Shown piece after piece: positions 49,847-64,000 of a DNA stretch of 64,000 bases; position 1 is the first letter of the stretch; every line of letters starts with the position of its first letter. Below the pieces are notes generated by a model, which did not search any database, was not told the origin of the DNA, and was given only the letters and a program-made list of their open reading frames with translations. This stretch comes from Lama glama (lineage: Eukaryota). The DNA is taken from the NCBI GenBank assembly GCA_028534125.1, contig CM052825.1:248001-312000 (forward strand), read 5' to 3'. The position numbers and the translations under genes are program-made.

Positions 49847-52334
49847 TCACCATGTGGGGGTGTTACCCAGCAAAGGGCCACATGTGAGGGGTCACCTGTG
49901 AGGGTCCCTGCCCAGATCCCCCTCCCACTGGCTCCCTCCCACAGCCCCCCTCTTCCAAAGTGAACACCCTGTCTTCCCCTCAGGGACAGAAAGGCATGGG
50001 GTCTGGGAGCCACACCCCGAGACCACCATCCTCTGAAGCCCACTCCTGCCCTGAACCGTCTGCCTGCAGGCAGGGAGCTGGCAGAACCGGGAGGCACCGC
50101 CAAGGCCAGCGCTGCTCCGAGCCGACCCTGGCTTAAGTCTCAAGGACAGAGCGCCAAGCGGGAAGAGCGCGGTCTCGGGGTCATGCACCCGTCAAGCGAT
50201 GTGGCCCCCCAGCCCCCAGATGGGGGTGCCTGCAGACAGTGGGGCTCAATGATTAACACAGGGGTGGGCAGAGCCGCTTGGCGGGGCCCCCGGCGGTGGG
50301 GCTGCGGCCATGGCAGCCACGTCCTGGCACCGGTGCGTTCAGAGCCCACGGCCCCTTCACCTGCCGTTGGGGGCCCCGGGGGCAGGTCCCGTCCAGAACC
50401 CAGAATCTTCCCTGCACGCCCCTCAGCTGCATGAGGACTAGCCGCGAGCGTCCATTAACCGTGTCTCCGTGCAGTGGGTCTCAAGGGCCGCTCAGACGGG
50501 TCCCCTTCGTCTCCACGGCTTCCCCTTGCGGGGGGTGGGGCGCGAGGCGTCTGAGGCCCAGAGGACCAGGGTGCTTCAGCACTGGGGGGCCCCCGCACCC
50601 ACAGGGCCTGGGGCCCGGCCCCCACTGTGCAGGAACGTCCCTGGCCTGGACGGCCGACACCCACTGCCCTGGCCGCAGGAACAAGCCGTTCGTTCCCAGG
50701 TGGGCTTCGCTCACCCAGACTCGCCTCACGAGCGCTGGCCCGGCCGTGCCCGCGCTAATGAGTAACTCCCTCCACCCGGTCTGCGAGAGACGGCCAAGAG
50801 ACCCTGCCTGTGCCCACCGTGCCTGGACTCTCTGGCCACCCGTGGGGGCCCCCACACTGGCCCCCACTCCGGCCACCGAGCCACTCGGCTGCAGCGTCCG
50901 GGATGTTCATGAGGCAGGCGGACGGACAGAGCAGGGCCTGTAAACAACAGACCGTCTGCACCCGCCCGGCCGGCCAGGAGCGCTCCCTGGTCTGGGCGCC
51001 CACAGACCCAGGCAGAGGGGCAGGGCCGGCTGAACACGTGGTCCCTTGCTGACCCCACGGAGAGGAGCTGGGTCCTGGGCCCCACGAACCAGAACGGCCC
51101 CCGCTGCTCCCCACACCGTCCCCGCTCTGTCCTCCAGGCCAGGTCTTCCCGGGCCCCACGGCCCACGTCGGGACACTGGCTGAGGGGGGTGTCACTCGGC
51201 AGTGAGACGTGGGCTGGTCACCTGGACTCCCTGGAGCCGCTGCCGGGAGACCAGGAGACAAAACTGGAGCGGAGGGCAGTCAGGTCTGGGGGGGCGGCAG
51301 TGGTTTTCTTGACACAACGTCGCGTTGACGGAACTATCATTCACTTTCCTGACTTTTTACGCATATGACGCACGTGGCTGTCATTCTCATCTTGGACAAT
51401 TTTCCATTTTACACTTGGATCATTTTTCTCTTCAGGACCTCAGGAACGGAACTGAAGTCTCCGGTTCTTACTCAGTGAAACTCCAGGCTTCGAGCGTCTG
51501 ATTAGGTACTTGAGCCCCAGAGCCCAGAAAACCCAATCGGAGGCGTCTCAGCGCACCCAAGGGCAACCGCCCTCCCGAAGAACCCGAAGGCTGTCGGGAG
51601 GCTGCAGGGCCGGCTGCTCAGCGGCCCGGAGACGTCTCTGCCCCAGGCTTGTCCTCGCCTCCTGCTCCAGCGGCCTCGGTCAGGTCCTTGCGGTGGCACA
51701 GGGGCTGCTTCCAGGAGTCACCAAATGCCTCCCCCTTGCCATCAGCAGGAAAACCTGGGAGCGCTCAGCAGCCTCTCCTCACATCTCACTGGCCAGAGCA
51801 GGTCACATGCTCGCCTCACTCACTGCTGGGGGTGGGGGTCTAGCCGACTGCTGAGTGCTCACTCGGGGGAGGCGCTGCGGGCTGGGGTTCAGCGGGCAGG
51901 AGGGGCAGGCACAGGCTCAGGTGGGCCAACCAACGTCCGTTTCTCACTTGTCTGCCCACCGGGGCCCTGCGCAGACACCTTCCCACCCTCTGTCTTCTCC
52001 GGCACCAGGGGCGTTTCCTGTGGTCACTGGCCTCTCTCTCCTGGTCACACACACGCCAGCCCGCCTTATGGTCGACAACAGGTTGGTTGCCATGAAACCT
52101 ACTTCCACGGAGACGGACGCACCTCTTCAACCTGTGACTGGCACGTTGACACGGAGGACACGTGAGCGCCTGACCGGCCTGACACCCGCCCTCCAGGCTG
52201 GACGGCGCGAGGGTGAACCCAGGGTGAACACTGGGCAGGCTCCGGCCCGGCGCTCCCACGTCCTGGGGTCCCTTCCCGCGTGCTGGCAGCCCAGCCTCGA
52301 CTGGGGCACTCGGCCACGGGTGCCAAGGGGCTGT

Positions 52335-52466
52335 GGGGCCATGAGATGGAAAGGCCACAAGCGGCAGAGCCACGCACCAGGGTTTCCGTGATGAGCCCAG
52401 GCCACCCCTGTGCCCGCGCTGCAGTGTGCTGGGGGCTCTTTGTTACAGCAGCCGAGGCTGAGACAC
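52335..52466. mobile_element. MLT1-like LTR end fragment
   Basis: ctctttgttacagcagccgaggctgagaca resembles the MaLR LTR terminus. Confidence 0.45.
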
Positions 52467-55400
52467 CGTCACCCCCACCCCCAAGTGCTGGGGGTAACCG
52501 CAGGACTGAGGGAGTCCTGCCCTGGGACGGCCTTGCCACCCAACTGGGCACGGCCGCCAGGCCTCAGGGCGGCGGGGGTGGGGGCGGCTGACGGACCAGA
52601 CGGTGGGGGCCTCCCACCCACAGGCCCAGCGTTCCCTGATGCGGCAGCCGGTCTTCCGGGGGGGCGAACCGTCCCCAGGCCTGGAAACAGCCGTGCTCCG
52701 AGCTCGGTTCCCAGACGGCCGTGAAGGGACAGACATCCTAAGGGGATTGAGAGCTGGGATCCGGGGCTGGAAGAGCATCCTTGCCAGAACTCGAGACCAT
52801 AGTCCCCAGATTTGTCACTTACCGATTCTAACCCAACTCTAAAAATAAACCGGGCCACACAGGAATGGGCCCAGGAGGACGCCGAGAAAACGGCACTGCC
52901 GGGGGGGGCCGGGGGGCTGGAGTATGAGACCCGCTTTCCTTTCATGCTTTTGGTTTTTCTCATTTTTCCACAAAATTGAAACCCAAATCAACGTCTTGGT
53001 TTCTACAACAGGCAAGTGTGACTTCTGTAAGACAGGAAACCAGTCGAGGTCGAGGTGAATATGCTCATCGAAGCAGGACCTCTGGGCTGCCCTCTCCCCC
53101 ACCAAGCGGCCCCTCCAGCCCGGCGCTGACCCCAGGCCGCGGGCCTGGAGTCCCCCTGCTGGGTCAGGTGACGATGGAGCCCCGCGAGGCAGGAAGACAA
53201 GCCCCGCCCATGGGCGCCAGGACCCGGAGAAGCATGGAGGACAGCCTCGCTGCAGGGCCGCCTCCCGGGCCGGGGCCACGTGCCCCCCGGGAGCACGACA
53301 CCCTCCCTCTGTTCCATCCGGCAGGCCGTCACCCACTCCTCCTGCCCGTGAGCCGGACGCTGCTGCAGGGCTGGGACACCTCAGCAGTGGAGAAGGGCAG
53401 ACACAGGTCGCCCCCAGAAATGACACCCTGGCAGGGGGTCAGGCAGGGTCAGATCAGAGCTGTGGCCACTGGTCCACCCCGAGGGGTGCAGGCCAGAGCG
53501 GGCAGGGCTCGGCAAGGACAGCGCCCAGTGAAACGGACCCCCACCCAGGACTTGCGGCCGCTGGGGACGAGCCTGGCATCCGTCAGAGCCCATGTGTACG
53601 TGCCCACACTGCCCCGGTCATCACAGCCCGGTGCCGTCCCACCGAGGAGGGACGGACACTGCCGTCCCGGCCGCTGCGCTGTCAGGGCGGAAGGGGAGAA
53701 CTTGAACCCCACGGCCGGTTGTGCAGGGGGCACACACTCTTACATGCCATTCACACCAAGGTCGAAAAGAGGAAAACCAGTTATTTCATTTAAATAAATA
53801 TATATTGTAAAACAAGCAAGATTAGAGCCAGAAACGGAAACCAGCATCACTTCCCTTAAATTAAAAGGCAACTAAAAAAAACAGAGCAGAAGGAGGCAGG
53901 TGTGGGACAGTGGGAAGCCCCGAGCTCTGGGCAGCTCTGCAACGCACTGGCCATGGTTTTGGGGAGGCCGGGCCCTGCCCACGTCCCAGGCTCCTCGTCT
54001 GCAGTGCCTGTCCACCCGCAGAGTGAGGTGAGGGTAAAGGTCCTGGCTCTGGAAGCACTCCTATGCAGGTCAGAGCTGGCAGGCGGTCATCAGGGCAGCG
54101 GACACGAGAGTAAGTGTGACCAGCAGACACAGAGGGCTCACCACAGGGCACCAGGCTCACCGGGCACTGCCACCCCTAACGGAACTCCGCACACCGGGAA
54201 AACCACGACAGCCTGCTTGGCCGTTACGCTTCATGTGCACACGCAGTTTGCCGGGTGCAGAATCCACATCCGTGTCCATACACACATGCAGGATTAAGCC
54301 GGCGCTGCCTGTGAACACCTCCAGGTAGCTGTGTGGTTCCTTCTGCATGAATGAGCTCATGCACAAATTTTTTAAAGTTTTTAAGGAAGCTATCGTTGCA
54401 ACAAAACTGTTTTCTCCACGGGGAGGACTAGTTCACGGTCCTCACAGATGCTCCCTTCCCTCCAAACCCATTTCCCGCTGCCTGGGGCACGAGGATCCAC
54501 GTAACCCCAAGTCCTGGGCACCTCCTTGACTGTCTGTTAGGTGCTTGGGGTCTCTCTGTGAAGACCCCGCACCCTGGCTGCCAGCACGGCCAGAGCTGCA
54601 GCACAAACATGCGGGGTTGGTAAGAGGCCCCAGGTCAGCTCTCCAGGCAACATTTAACGCACCGTCCACACGGTCGGTGCCTTGGCAAAGGCACAAACCA
54701 GCAGCTTTGCAGGGAACACTGCGGAAGAAAGAGAGTTCTGGCTCTGGGGCCGGAAGGAGAGGCCGGGGGCCCCGGACGCCCTGCTAGGTCGGGGCCCTCC
54801 TCCAGACCGGCCGAGTCTCTGCTGTCTCGGGAGCCCAGCCCTGCCCATCCGGGGACACCAGCATGGCTGTGATGGGCACGTCCGCCCGGGGACAGGGCCG
54901 CGCGCGCATCCAGGAAGATGCAGGCGCTGCACCTGTTCACCTGGTTGAGCTGCGGCTCTGGCTCCGCTCCCAACGCCCTTTTGTGGCCCAGTTCCTCCCT
55001 GCCATCTGCAGACTCGGGGGCCGGGGAGAGCAGGCCCGAGGCATCACAGCCGTCCGGGCTCAGCTGCGTGCCGAGTGGGGAGGACAAGCTGCTGCTGGTC
55101 CAGCCCTAAGATGCCAGCGCTCAGGCTCCTTCTGCCGGGGGTTGAGGGTCCACTCTGGAGACAAAGCGGTTTCTGGGGTTCAACCCCAAGCATCTAAGTG
55201 GGGCCTCTCGGGGCACCTCCGCTCCCAAGACACAGCCCAGCACCTCGTCTGCGGGCTGACAGCCCCAGTGACCTCAGCGCCGAGCGGTGGCTCCACACCT
55301 CCCCCGCCTCACCGGCCCCAGTCGCGGGTCATTGAGACTGGACCCTGCCCTCGGCCCCCTCCTCACCACCACGATCTTCGTCCCTCCCACCTGTGTTAAG

Positions 55401-56039
55401 GCCAGAGCCTCAGCCTCTCCCACCCACCCCTCCCCATCACTGCCCACCCTTGTGGACGGTCAGGACGGCTTCCAGGAGAAGGCTCCACTGCCTACCAGCT
55501 GCTCCCCAGCTGTGCCCCAGCCGAAGGTCCTCCAGTTGGCACCAGCGGCATGCTAGCGGCCCCCGGCTGCCCCCGCCCGCCTCCAGCCTGCCCGGGCGCC
55601 GACCGTGATGCGGGTGCAGGGCCCTCTTCATTTGATGTTGTCTCCCTGCCGGTGACCGCTCAGTTAACAAGGCGCGTGGCATCCTTCCACTTGGCAACCA
55701 CAGTGCAGACACGGGGGCTCCCTGAGCCAGACCCAGGCTCGCTGTGTCAGAAACACCTGCTCTGTCCTGCAAAGGGTCCCCCTAACCCAAAGCCCCAGAG
55801 CCCCTGACGACTCCAACCCAGAAGGAGGGGCACAACCGCCTGTCGCATCGACCAGGCCCTCAGCCCTCCAGGCAGCTGCCCCGAGAGGTCAGGCCACACG
55901 GCCCACCTCGGTCCCGTCCCTAGGACACCCCCAGGTCTCTCTGCAGACACTGTCCTCCAGCAGGACGAGGGCCAGGGAGCCCCTGCCGGGCTGACTCAGA
56001 AGCTCTCAGCAACTCGCCGTGGGTGGTCCCAGATGCATG

Positions 56040-56280
56040 GCGTGCCCGGGGTCTCCCACCAGCTGCTCCAGCCCCCGCGGCTTCCGCCTGCTGGGGTCTG
56101 TGTGCCAGCAGGGACAGGGGAGGGCCAGTCTCAGGTGGGACAACAGAAGGCTCTGCAGACGGATGGTGGTGAGGGCTGCACAAGAAGGTGAACGCGCTCT
56201 CTGCCCCTGAACTGCGCACTTAGAATGGTTGAAACGGTAGATCGTATGCTACGTGCATCTTGCCGCAATTTAAAGGACAA
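56040..56280 (+). mobile_element. L1M 3' terminus fragment
   Basis: ggatggtggtgagggctgcacaagaaggtgaacg...ctgaactgcgcacttagaatggttgaaacggtagatcgtatgctacgtgcatcttgccgcaatttaaa. Confidence 0.75.
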
Positions 56281-57814
56281 ATTGTTCCACAAAGGCCCTG
56301 GCCACCGGAGTCCCGCCTGGCCTGCTCCCGTCCCTGCACCAGCTCAGCGGCAGGCGCCCCTCAGGGGTCACGCTGTGGGCTTCCAAGCACCCTGCTGTCC
56401 AGGGAGAGCGCCCCGTCACCCCAGTGCGCCTCCCTGCAGGGCCTGGGCTCGTCACAAGGCTGACGGCTCCCTGGGAAGATGGCCACACTGGGTGCCTTAC
56501 CCCCAGGCCCCTGGCAGCCGACACCGGGGGGCCACTGGGGCCAGGGGGCCACAGCGGCGGACGGACACCGGCAGTGACCCAGACGGACACATGCGGCCAC
56601 ATGTGGGTGCTGGGGACCACTCCCTCACGGGGACACCATGAGCCCTGGCACTTCCAGAGGGCCGGGCCCAAGAGCCCAAGGCCCGCCCAGTGGCCGGCCC
56701 AGAGCGAGGAGGGGCGCACGCGGGGACGGAGCCACCCTCGGTGGGCGGGGGCCTGGCACCCCGCATGCTGCCTCGTCAAGACGGCACGTCTGTTCGGACT
56801 TTCCCATTCCTCACGGCCAACGGCCTCCGCACGCTGCTTCTCCCTCCCAGGGTGCCAGGAATCTCATTCGGGACCAGGCAGGACCTCGGAATCCAGCAAA
56901 TGCGTTCCACATCTGTCTCGTCTGGGAACGCCTCGCGCCGTGTGTGAAGACACCGGGGGAAACAAGATCCGGCAACGGCTGAGAATGGGAAACGCAGGCC
57001 TCCGGGGGGCCGAGGGGTGTGAGGAGGATGGGGCTCGTGTGCTTTCTGGGGGGCCCATCCTCAACTCCTTATCCTGATTCTCGCACTAAGGAAATGAGGA
57101 GGAAGCCCTCGAGGAAAAGGCACTCGTCAGAATCCACACAAACCGTGGGGGGGGGGGCGGAACCATGCCTTTCTGAAGATGTCTCCGCGTCCCTGGTCTT
57201 ATTCCAGCAAATAGCGTTTCACTTGCACAATTTTAAAAACTTCACTTTTTAGAAAGGCGTGCATCTCAGTGCAGAAGCCCTGAGCTCCCAGCCTCCGCCC
57301 TAGACGCCGGCCGCAGCAGCCCGGCAGGAACCCGCACATGCCACATATGCCGTTGGGGAGGACGGCAGAGAAGGCCCGAGTCACGGGCCAGTGCGATCGA
57401 GCCGGGAGGCAAGATGGGAGGTCCTGCGTGGGGGACTCAGGGTGTCCACCTGCAGGTGGGTGTGGATGGGGTACCTCCGAGCTCAGGAGCGCCTGCAGGG
57501 CTTGGCTGGGAGCTGCCCCCGGCCCTGCAAAGGGTGGCTGAGGGGGGCTGGGGTGGAGGTCCGCCCGGCATGGGCCTGGGGCCTACAACAGGGGCTCGAA
57601 GAGGACAGGCCCCCAGAGGACGAGGCCGTATGGTGACGCGGAAGGAGACGGTCAGAGCCGGGACCCCTTGGACTCCTCTGACTGTCTCAGTGGACATCAG
57701 AGCTGTCCATAACAGGGCCTGGGAGATTTCGGGTGTGGGAGCCCCTGGTGGGATCAGAGTGGAGCCGGACAGGAGCTGGGGGCCATCCAGACACCAGGCG
57801 GGGACTCGGACCCC

Positions 57815-58425
57815 TCTGAGATCCAGCAATCGTGCCCCCCGGTATTTACCCAAAAGGTCAGGGTGAAAGCTCACATCCCCACAAAAACCTGCACACGGGC
57901 GCTTACAGCAGCTTCCTTTACAATTGTCAAAGCCTGGGAGCAGCCGAGGTGTCCGGCAGGAGGCAACGGACAAGTGACAGCGGTCCGCTCAGACAGAACA
58001 TGACTCAGCGGGAAAAAGCAAAAGCCATCAGGTCACGAAAAGCCACGGAGGAAGCTTACATGCGTATACGACTGAGTGAAAGAAGCCGGTGAGAAAAGGT
58101 TCCAACTACACAGCTTTCTGGAAAAGGCAAGACTGTGGCGGCAGCGAAAGGCCAGAGGCCAGGAGAGGCAGGGCTGAGCGGGTGGAGCAGAGACGGCTTC
58201 CACAGCAGGGAAGCTGCTCCGTGCGACACAGCAACTACTGACACAGTCACACACTGTCCAACCCACAGAACGAGGGCGCCGAGTGGACCCTGACGCGAAC
58301 TGTGGACTCCGGGTGACTGACGTGTCCTGCAGGTTGTTCGAGTGTGACACACGCCCCATCTGGTGGGGGTGCTGATAGTGGGGGGGGGGCTGCGAACCTA
58401 AAACTGCCCATAAAAAGTAAGTTCT
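57815..58425 (+). mobile_element. L1MC-type 3' UTR
   Basis: gatccagcaatcgtgccccccggtatttacccaaa...cacaaaaacctgcacacg...tgagtgaaagaagccgg...ttctggaaaaggcaagactgtgg...gcgaacctaaaactgc. Confidence 0.85.
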
Positions 58426-61400
58426 CCAGTGGAAAGGCCTCCACTGAGATCCCACCGCTGCGGCCCAGCCAGGACAGAGGTCTGGGTTGCCCAGACGGGT
58501 GCACAGGGGTGCAGCGTGGCTCCCAGCCCAGCCCGGCTTCTGGGCAGGTGCTCCCCCTGCTTCCGCTCAGAAGGAAAGTGTATCTTCCTGCCACCTTCTG
58601 GCCTGAGACTGCTGTCCTTTGATACTGACGGTGGCCAGTGAGCCCTTTGCTGACTCCCTCGACAGGGAGGGACTGGCACCAGCATGGACACCCGACCGTC
58701 ACTGCGGGGAGACGGAGACCAGGCTGACTGGCCTTGGGCCCCTCCCGGCAGGGCCCTCCCGGCTGAGCAGCGGAGGACGCAGCCCGGTGGGCGGAGCGCC
58801 AGAAGAGGGCGGGAGGGTCTCAAGATAGGAGCAAACACCCCAGGCCCATGGGAGGCTCCTCAGGAGCTGTGAGACTCAGGGCAGGATGGTGCTGGTCGTC
58901 TGGACAGCACAGAGTGGACGTCCAAACCCCCTGCCCAGAGTGCAGGGTGTGTGTGGTCTGGCTCCCCTAAGTTGGCACTGCCCCCTCCCGCCAGATCTGG
59001 GGAGCCCGGCCTCGTGCCCCTGTGTTTCTCCTGGTGCCCTTCCCCACCTTCTCCACCTGGAGAACTTCTACTCATATGTCAGTACCCGACCTACAGCTGC
59101 CCACCCACCATCACCTGGCCTTCCTGCTCCGGCCTGGCCCCTCTTCCACCCGGGACCCAGAGCGAGTCTGTGGCAAGTGGGCCGGACGACCCCTCCTCAA
59201 TAAACACACAGCAAACCGCCCAGGGGCCGCACCCCTCCGCCCACTAGTCCTTGGCCTGGCACATGGTAGGGTGGGCTGACCCCAAAAGACCAGGACCCTG
59301 GGATCCGTGCAACCAGGCCGGAGGTGGTCTCTCTGAAAGTCCCCGAGACGACGGTGAACTCTGAACCCCCGCTGAGACGTGAGGGGGAGCAGCCAGCCCA
59401 GGCTGAGCCGGGAAGCCCCTGGCCAAAGGGCCACTTAGAGATCAGTTGTTGTGCAGCTGCCTCAACGCCGTGGACATTCATAAAATGCACAAAAACGTGC
59501 AGAGAGGAGACAGAGCCAACCTCCGGTTTCCACGGCAAAGCCTCCCGTGTGGGAGCGCGCAGGAGGGAACAGCTCCAGTCCGGCTGCCCGCAGGCCAAGG
59601 GGGTTCTCGGGGTCATGGACTCGGACGTGGGGAGGGCGGCAGCAGAGGGCACCTGGGACCCAGATCTGGCCCGCCAACACCCTCCTCCCAGGGTCTTCCT
59701 GGAGGGAGTGGAGGTCCAGGGACTGAAGTGAGACTCTCCGTCCCCCCCACCAGCCCCACACGCCCTCTCTCCCTGGGGGAGGCCCACCGGGGTCTGTCCT
59801 GCCAGGCGCAGCCAGGAACCCCTGCGGTCCCACCGCCAGTGACCGGGAGCCCCTGGGGCTACTGGGCGCTTTGGGCCTCCAGCAACCAGAAGACTCCCAG
59901 GAACGGCCAGCCCACCTCCGTCCCCGCGGGCTGCTGCAGGCCGAGGCCCCAGGGATGAGCGGCTCGGGCCCTGGAAGACCTCAGGTCCTTTCTGTCCTTG
60001 TGTCTGCTGGGCCCCAGGCTCACAGCCGCAGGCCTGCTCGCGTTGGCTGAGAGCACGTTCCGAGAGCTTTGGGTGGGGGTTGGGTGTCCGAGGGGCTGGC
60101 AGCTCCTAACAGCTTCTGAGACAGCTTGTGTGAGCACAAGCACCCGCAGACGAGGAGAGACCACCCCTGCACCCCGAGGCCTGGCCCAGACCCCTGGGGC
60201 TCACACGAACCCAGCTCTGCCCACCCAGTCAGGCCCCCAGAGGCTGGCAGGTGTTCCAGACTCCTCAGTGTCTGCAGGAGCCATTTCTCATGTCTGTGCA
60301 GGTGGGGTCTCCACCAGGCCCTCCGCACCTGGGGGGACAGCTCCCGGGGCCCTGTCACTGTGGCCCCAGAGCTCTGTCCCACGCCCGTCCACCCAGGACA
60401 GCAGAGGATGGACAGAGGCCCAGCACAGGGTGGGGGTGAGTGGCAGGGGTGACGGGGGCGCCCACACTCCCACCCCCCAAAGACGAGGAGGCCCCTGCAC
60501 GACTGGGGAAACAACTCACTTCAGGTCCCACCTGGGGATGCAGGACTTGGCCAGTCCACACGCGGGGGAGCCAGGGGCCTGGTCCCCAGGACCGCGTGGC
60601 CTCTGCGTGTGTGCTGTGAGAGAGAGACCACAGAGCACCCAGCCCACCGCACCCCGCCCGCGTCCTCGCACCTGGGCCCACACACGCAGCGCAGGGGGCC
60701 CTGCCTCGGCGGCCTCGGGGCCTGTCTGAAGGAACCTGCTCAGATCAGACCCGTTACTGTGCCAGACTCTTCCACCGGGTCCTCTCAAGGAGTTGAGGCT
60801 GACGCCGCAGACTTCAACCCCACGCGTGGGGCGGGTTCTGCCCTCGTACCAGACTCCTCACCCGGAGTGTCTACCGGTGGGACAGCCACAGCCCACGCCG
60901 GCCCCTAACCGTCCGCGCTGACGCCCCCCAGCTGACTCCCAGGGTCAATCTGACGTGCCCGCTGGTCTCCCAGCCCCGCCTGCACCATGGCCTCAGGGTG
61001 TCTGTTTCAGATGTGGCCGGTGATGGCTCCTGGCCACTCGGGAAACAGAGGTCGGTCGCAGGAGTCTCTGAGTGTGTGATGCCGTGAGCCCCAGGGCCCC
61101 ACCGTGACTTACGAGTTTGGCTGATCACAGAGGAAAAGGGGGAAAACTCCAAGTTGCCAAGGAGACCACTTCAAATACATTTGACAGTGTTGTGAAAAGC
61201 GTACCTTCCGAGAGGGTTGGGTTACACTCTGGGGCCTGTAAATCTGCCCCCACCCCACGGCGGGTGGGCCCTCGGCCACACAGCCGAACTCCCTCCACAG
61301 AAGCAGCGTGGTCTCCGTCTCCCAGTCGCTCTCTGTAGGCCCCCAGGAAAACTCTGTGCAGGAAGCGTCGGGGCCCCTGGAGAGGTGCTGCCCCGCCCCA

Positions 61401-63827
61401 CCCAGCACCTCCTCCTGGGGGCTCCACGGTAGGGTGTGGAGTTCGAGATTCTCTGCTCACAACACAAGACCTTAAAGCCGTGGCACCAGGTACTCCCTGG
61501 AAGGCGGAGACTGAAAACGGCTCTAACAGCGTTTAATGGGTGAGCTAGAGTGATGCCTGGCCCCGGAGCCCAGCCTGCCCGTCACATGCAGGAAACACGG
61601 GAAGCAGCGCTCACCCCACTTACACTGCTCTACACACAAGCAGGATGCTTGGACACACCCCCCCCACACACAGCGAAGGCCCAGAACACTCAGAGCAAGG
61701 GTGCAGGCGCCAGCGGGACGCGGGAGTGAGAGGTGCAGCCGCCTCTCAGATCGGCCACTTGCTCTCCATGTGTCCTTGGGGGAAGGTCGGCCCCAGAGGA
61801 CACTGCGGGGCCCTTCACAGGTGTGGGCAGGCCGCATGATCCCTGCGGGGCTCACACAGCACCTGACTTGCCCAAAGTTCCAAGACACCAGCTCCGTTAC
61901 CACAACTGTACATAACTGGTCATCCCTGAGTTCTGTGAGGACTCCTGCTGACCTACCTTCACAGTTCTACCAATTTCCTACCGTGGCCTTGGACACGGCT
62001 GGGAGGTGGCCTTGGCCCCAGAGAATAACAGACAATTGTCTGTGTTGGTCAGAGCTACCCACTCTCTCAACTTCAAGACCATTAAAACTGAGGCTGTAAA
62101 CTCAAGGGTTTGCACGAGTCTGCAGAGCCCGCGGGCGAGGCGAGGGGGCTGGGTGAGGACTGGGGTAAACTGGGAAGCACATCGTACCCTAGGCAGCCAC
62201 CTCCCAGGACCAGCCGGCTGAGGCCAGGCCCAGATACGTACAGAGAAAGATCCCGACTTCTATGTGAAATATCCTTAATTCAAATGTTTTCTATTAAAGA
62301 AAAAACCTACACCGTGCAGGCCAGTGCAAACCCCACCCCCTTGTCCAGCGGCAGCCTTGGCGGCGTTTGGAGACTGTGAGTAACCTCCTGCTGGAATGTC
62401 TTCCAGAAACCACAGGCCAGGTCCTGGTTATCTCCGCAGACTTGCAGGAGGATCTAAGGCTAAGACACAGACCTCAAGGGACCACGTTCTCTCAAAGTCC
62501 TGCAAGGAAAGCCCCAGAAAAGTTGAGTCAAGCCCCGGCCGTCACTCCAAGCGTTCTCTTCTGGGGGGCCAGGCGGGAGCCTTTGTACAGGGACCTCTCA
62601 AGGTCACAGGCGGGCCGGGAGCTGAGCCTCTCAGGTCTGCAGAGCGGAGGCCTCACTGGCAAGAATCACAATTTCTCCTGTCTGTGCTTTTTTGCTTTCT
62701 TTCAAGAAACATTATTGTTGGATGAGTCACCCACCCAAGGACAGGAATGCTGCCCGAGGACCCCTCCGCGCGGTTCCTGCAGGAAGCCCCCGCCCGTGAG
62801 GCTCAGGTGCAGGGTCCACCCCTGCCGCGGCCTGCACCGCCCGCCCCTCACTCAGCCACCACCTCCAGGATTCTCCCGTCCAGGCTCAATGCCGGGATGT
62901 GACCAAGTTCCCGGTTCCCAAACGCGCACTGTGAAGCTCTGTGCCCGCCCCTGTCAAGACCTTCCCGGGGCCTCGCACACCCCCTCCGGCCCTCGGTCTC
63001 CCCTCCTGCGCTGGTTCTCCAGCCAACTCCAATGCCTTTCAGACCTTTCCCACGAGAAGGGCAGGCGCGGAGCGGGGAGAACTCCAGGTACCCTCTTTGG
63101 GGAGGAGCTCCCGCGGGAGCTCCCCGTCACTGTGGAATCCGCGGTCACAGGGAGGGGCTTCATCTGTTCCTGGACCACGGCTCGGAGGTGGGTGAGAGCC
63201 CCATCTCACTGACATCAGCAGCCTGGGATTTGCTCCTGTTGTTTTAAACCAGGAAAGTGGCTCCATGTCCGGTGACGCTGGCTGAACGTCACCAGGGTTG
63301 GGCCTTTGTCACTTCCTTTCTCCACATCAACCCCAAGGTTGGCCCTGCGCTCTGGATGGCACAGTGACCCTCTTGGCTGCCGTGGCCACAGCCTGAATGG
63401 GCATTTCAGCCGCGGTGGCCACTTGAGCCGCACCAGACTCTGCCCTCCCTCCGAGGGCAAACACGCAGCTGAAGCATGTGCTCTACCAAGCACGCGGCAT
63501 AAATTCTTCCCGCCGAGAGGACCAGGGGAGTGGGAAATGCGCCAAACTCACATACTTTCGGGTCTGTGTAATGGGGAGGGTTCCCACGGCAGGGCGGCCA
63601 CTCATTCATTCCGGGGCTGCCGCAGCTCTGCCTCTGGGGACCACGGCCCAGGCGCAGCCCCGGGGGTGACGCGCCGGCCACGCAGCTGCTCGCCCCCATC
63701 AGTGACAGGCTGAGCGTGGCCGTCACGGATTACGGCCTGGAGCCAGCTGTCGCCGCCGCGGTGGGGGCTGGAGGTCGGGAACAGTGACTCATGCATGTCC
63801 AGGTGGAAGAACCTGGCACTGATCTGT

Positions 63828-64000
63828 AAACGTTTAATTCGAGACCATCGCAGATTTGCATGCAGTTGTAAGAAACAGCACAGAGAGATCCCATGTGCCC
63901 TAGATTCACGCGTCCCTCCCAGTGAGGGCGCCTGCAAAGCTGCAAAGAGCTGAGCACGCCTCCCACCGGGTTAGAACTCAGGACGCCCCCCTACCCCGTA
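63828..64000 (-). mobile_element. L1MC/MD-type 3' end, antisense, truncated by the window edge
   Basis: tttaattcgagaccatcgcagatttgcatgcagttgtaagaaacagcacagagagatcccatgtgccc. Confidence 0.7.

Overview
Very GC-rich placental-mammal genomic DNA, syntenic with human 7p22.3. I see no Alu, B1/B2 or other young SINE, and the species cannot be assigned. The minus strand carries PDGFA. Exons 2-7 were placed to the base with GT/AG junctions. Most of the coding part of exon 1, including the ATG, lies in an N gap. The alternatively spliced basic-tail exon 6 is present, predicting 196-aa and 211-aa isoforms. The CpG-island promoter has a TATA box, a G-tract element and a CArG box, and the 5' leader holds a 3-AUG uORF. 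Also on the minus strand are the 3' UTR and last two coding exons of PRKAR1B; 49.8-64 kb is its upstream intron. The rest is intron or intergenic DNA with old repeats (L1M, L2, MIR, MER33, MLT1, LTR33/16-like) that look strongly AT-to-GC shifted. Nearly all ORFs in the supplied track are GC-rich chance ORFs. I found no evidence of a wholly new multi-gene system. The best leads are: (1) a stop-free, phase-0 chain of two candidate upstream PDGFA exons that would give a signal-peptide-less PDGF-A; (2) a Pro-to-Ala change next to the cAMP-binding Arg of PRKAR1B; (3) an apparent GC-biased gene conversion footprint in repeats and PDGFA protein; (4) a 40-bp perfect duplication in PDGFA intron 6. Repeat family names and human comparisons come from recalled sequences, not from a search.
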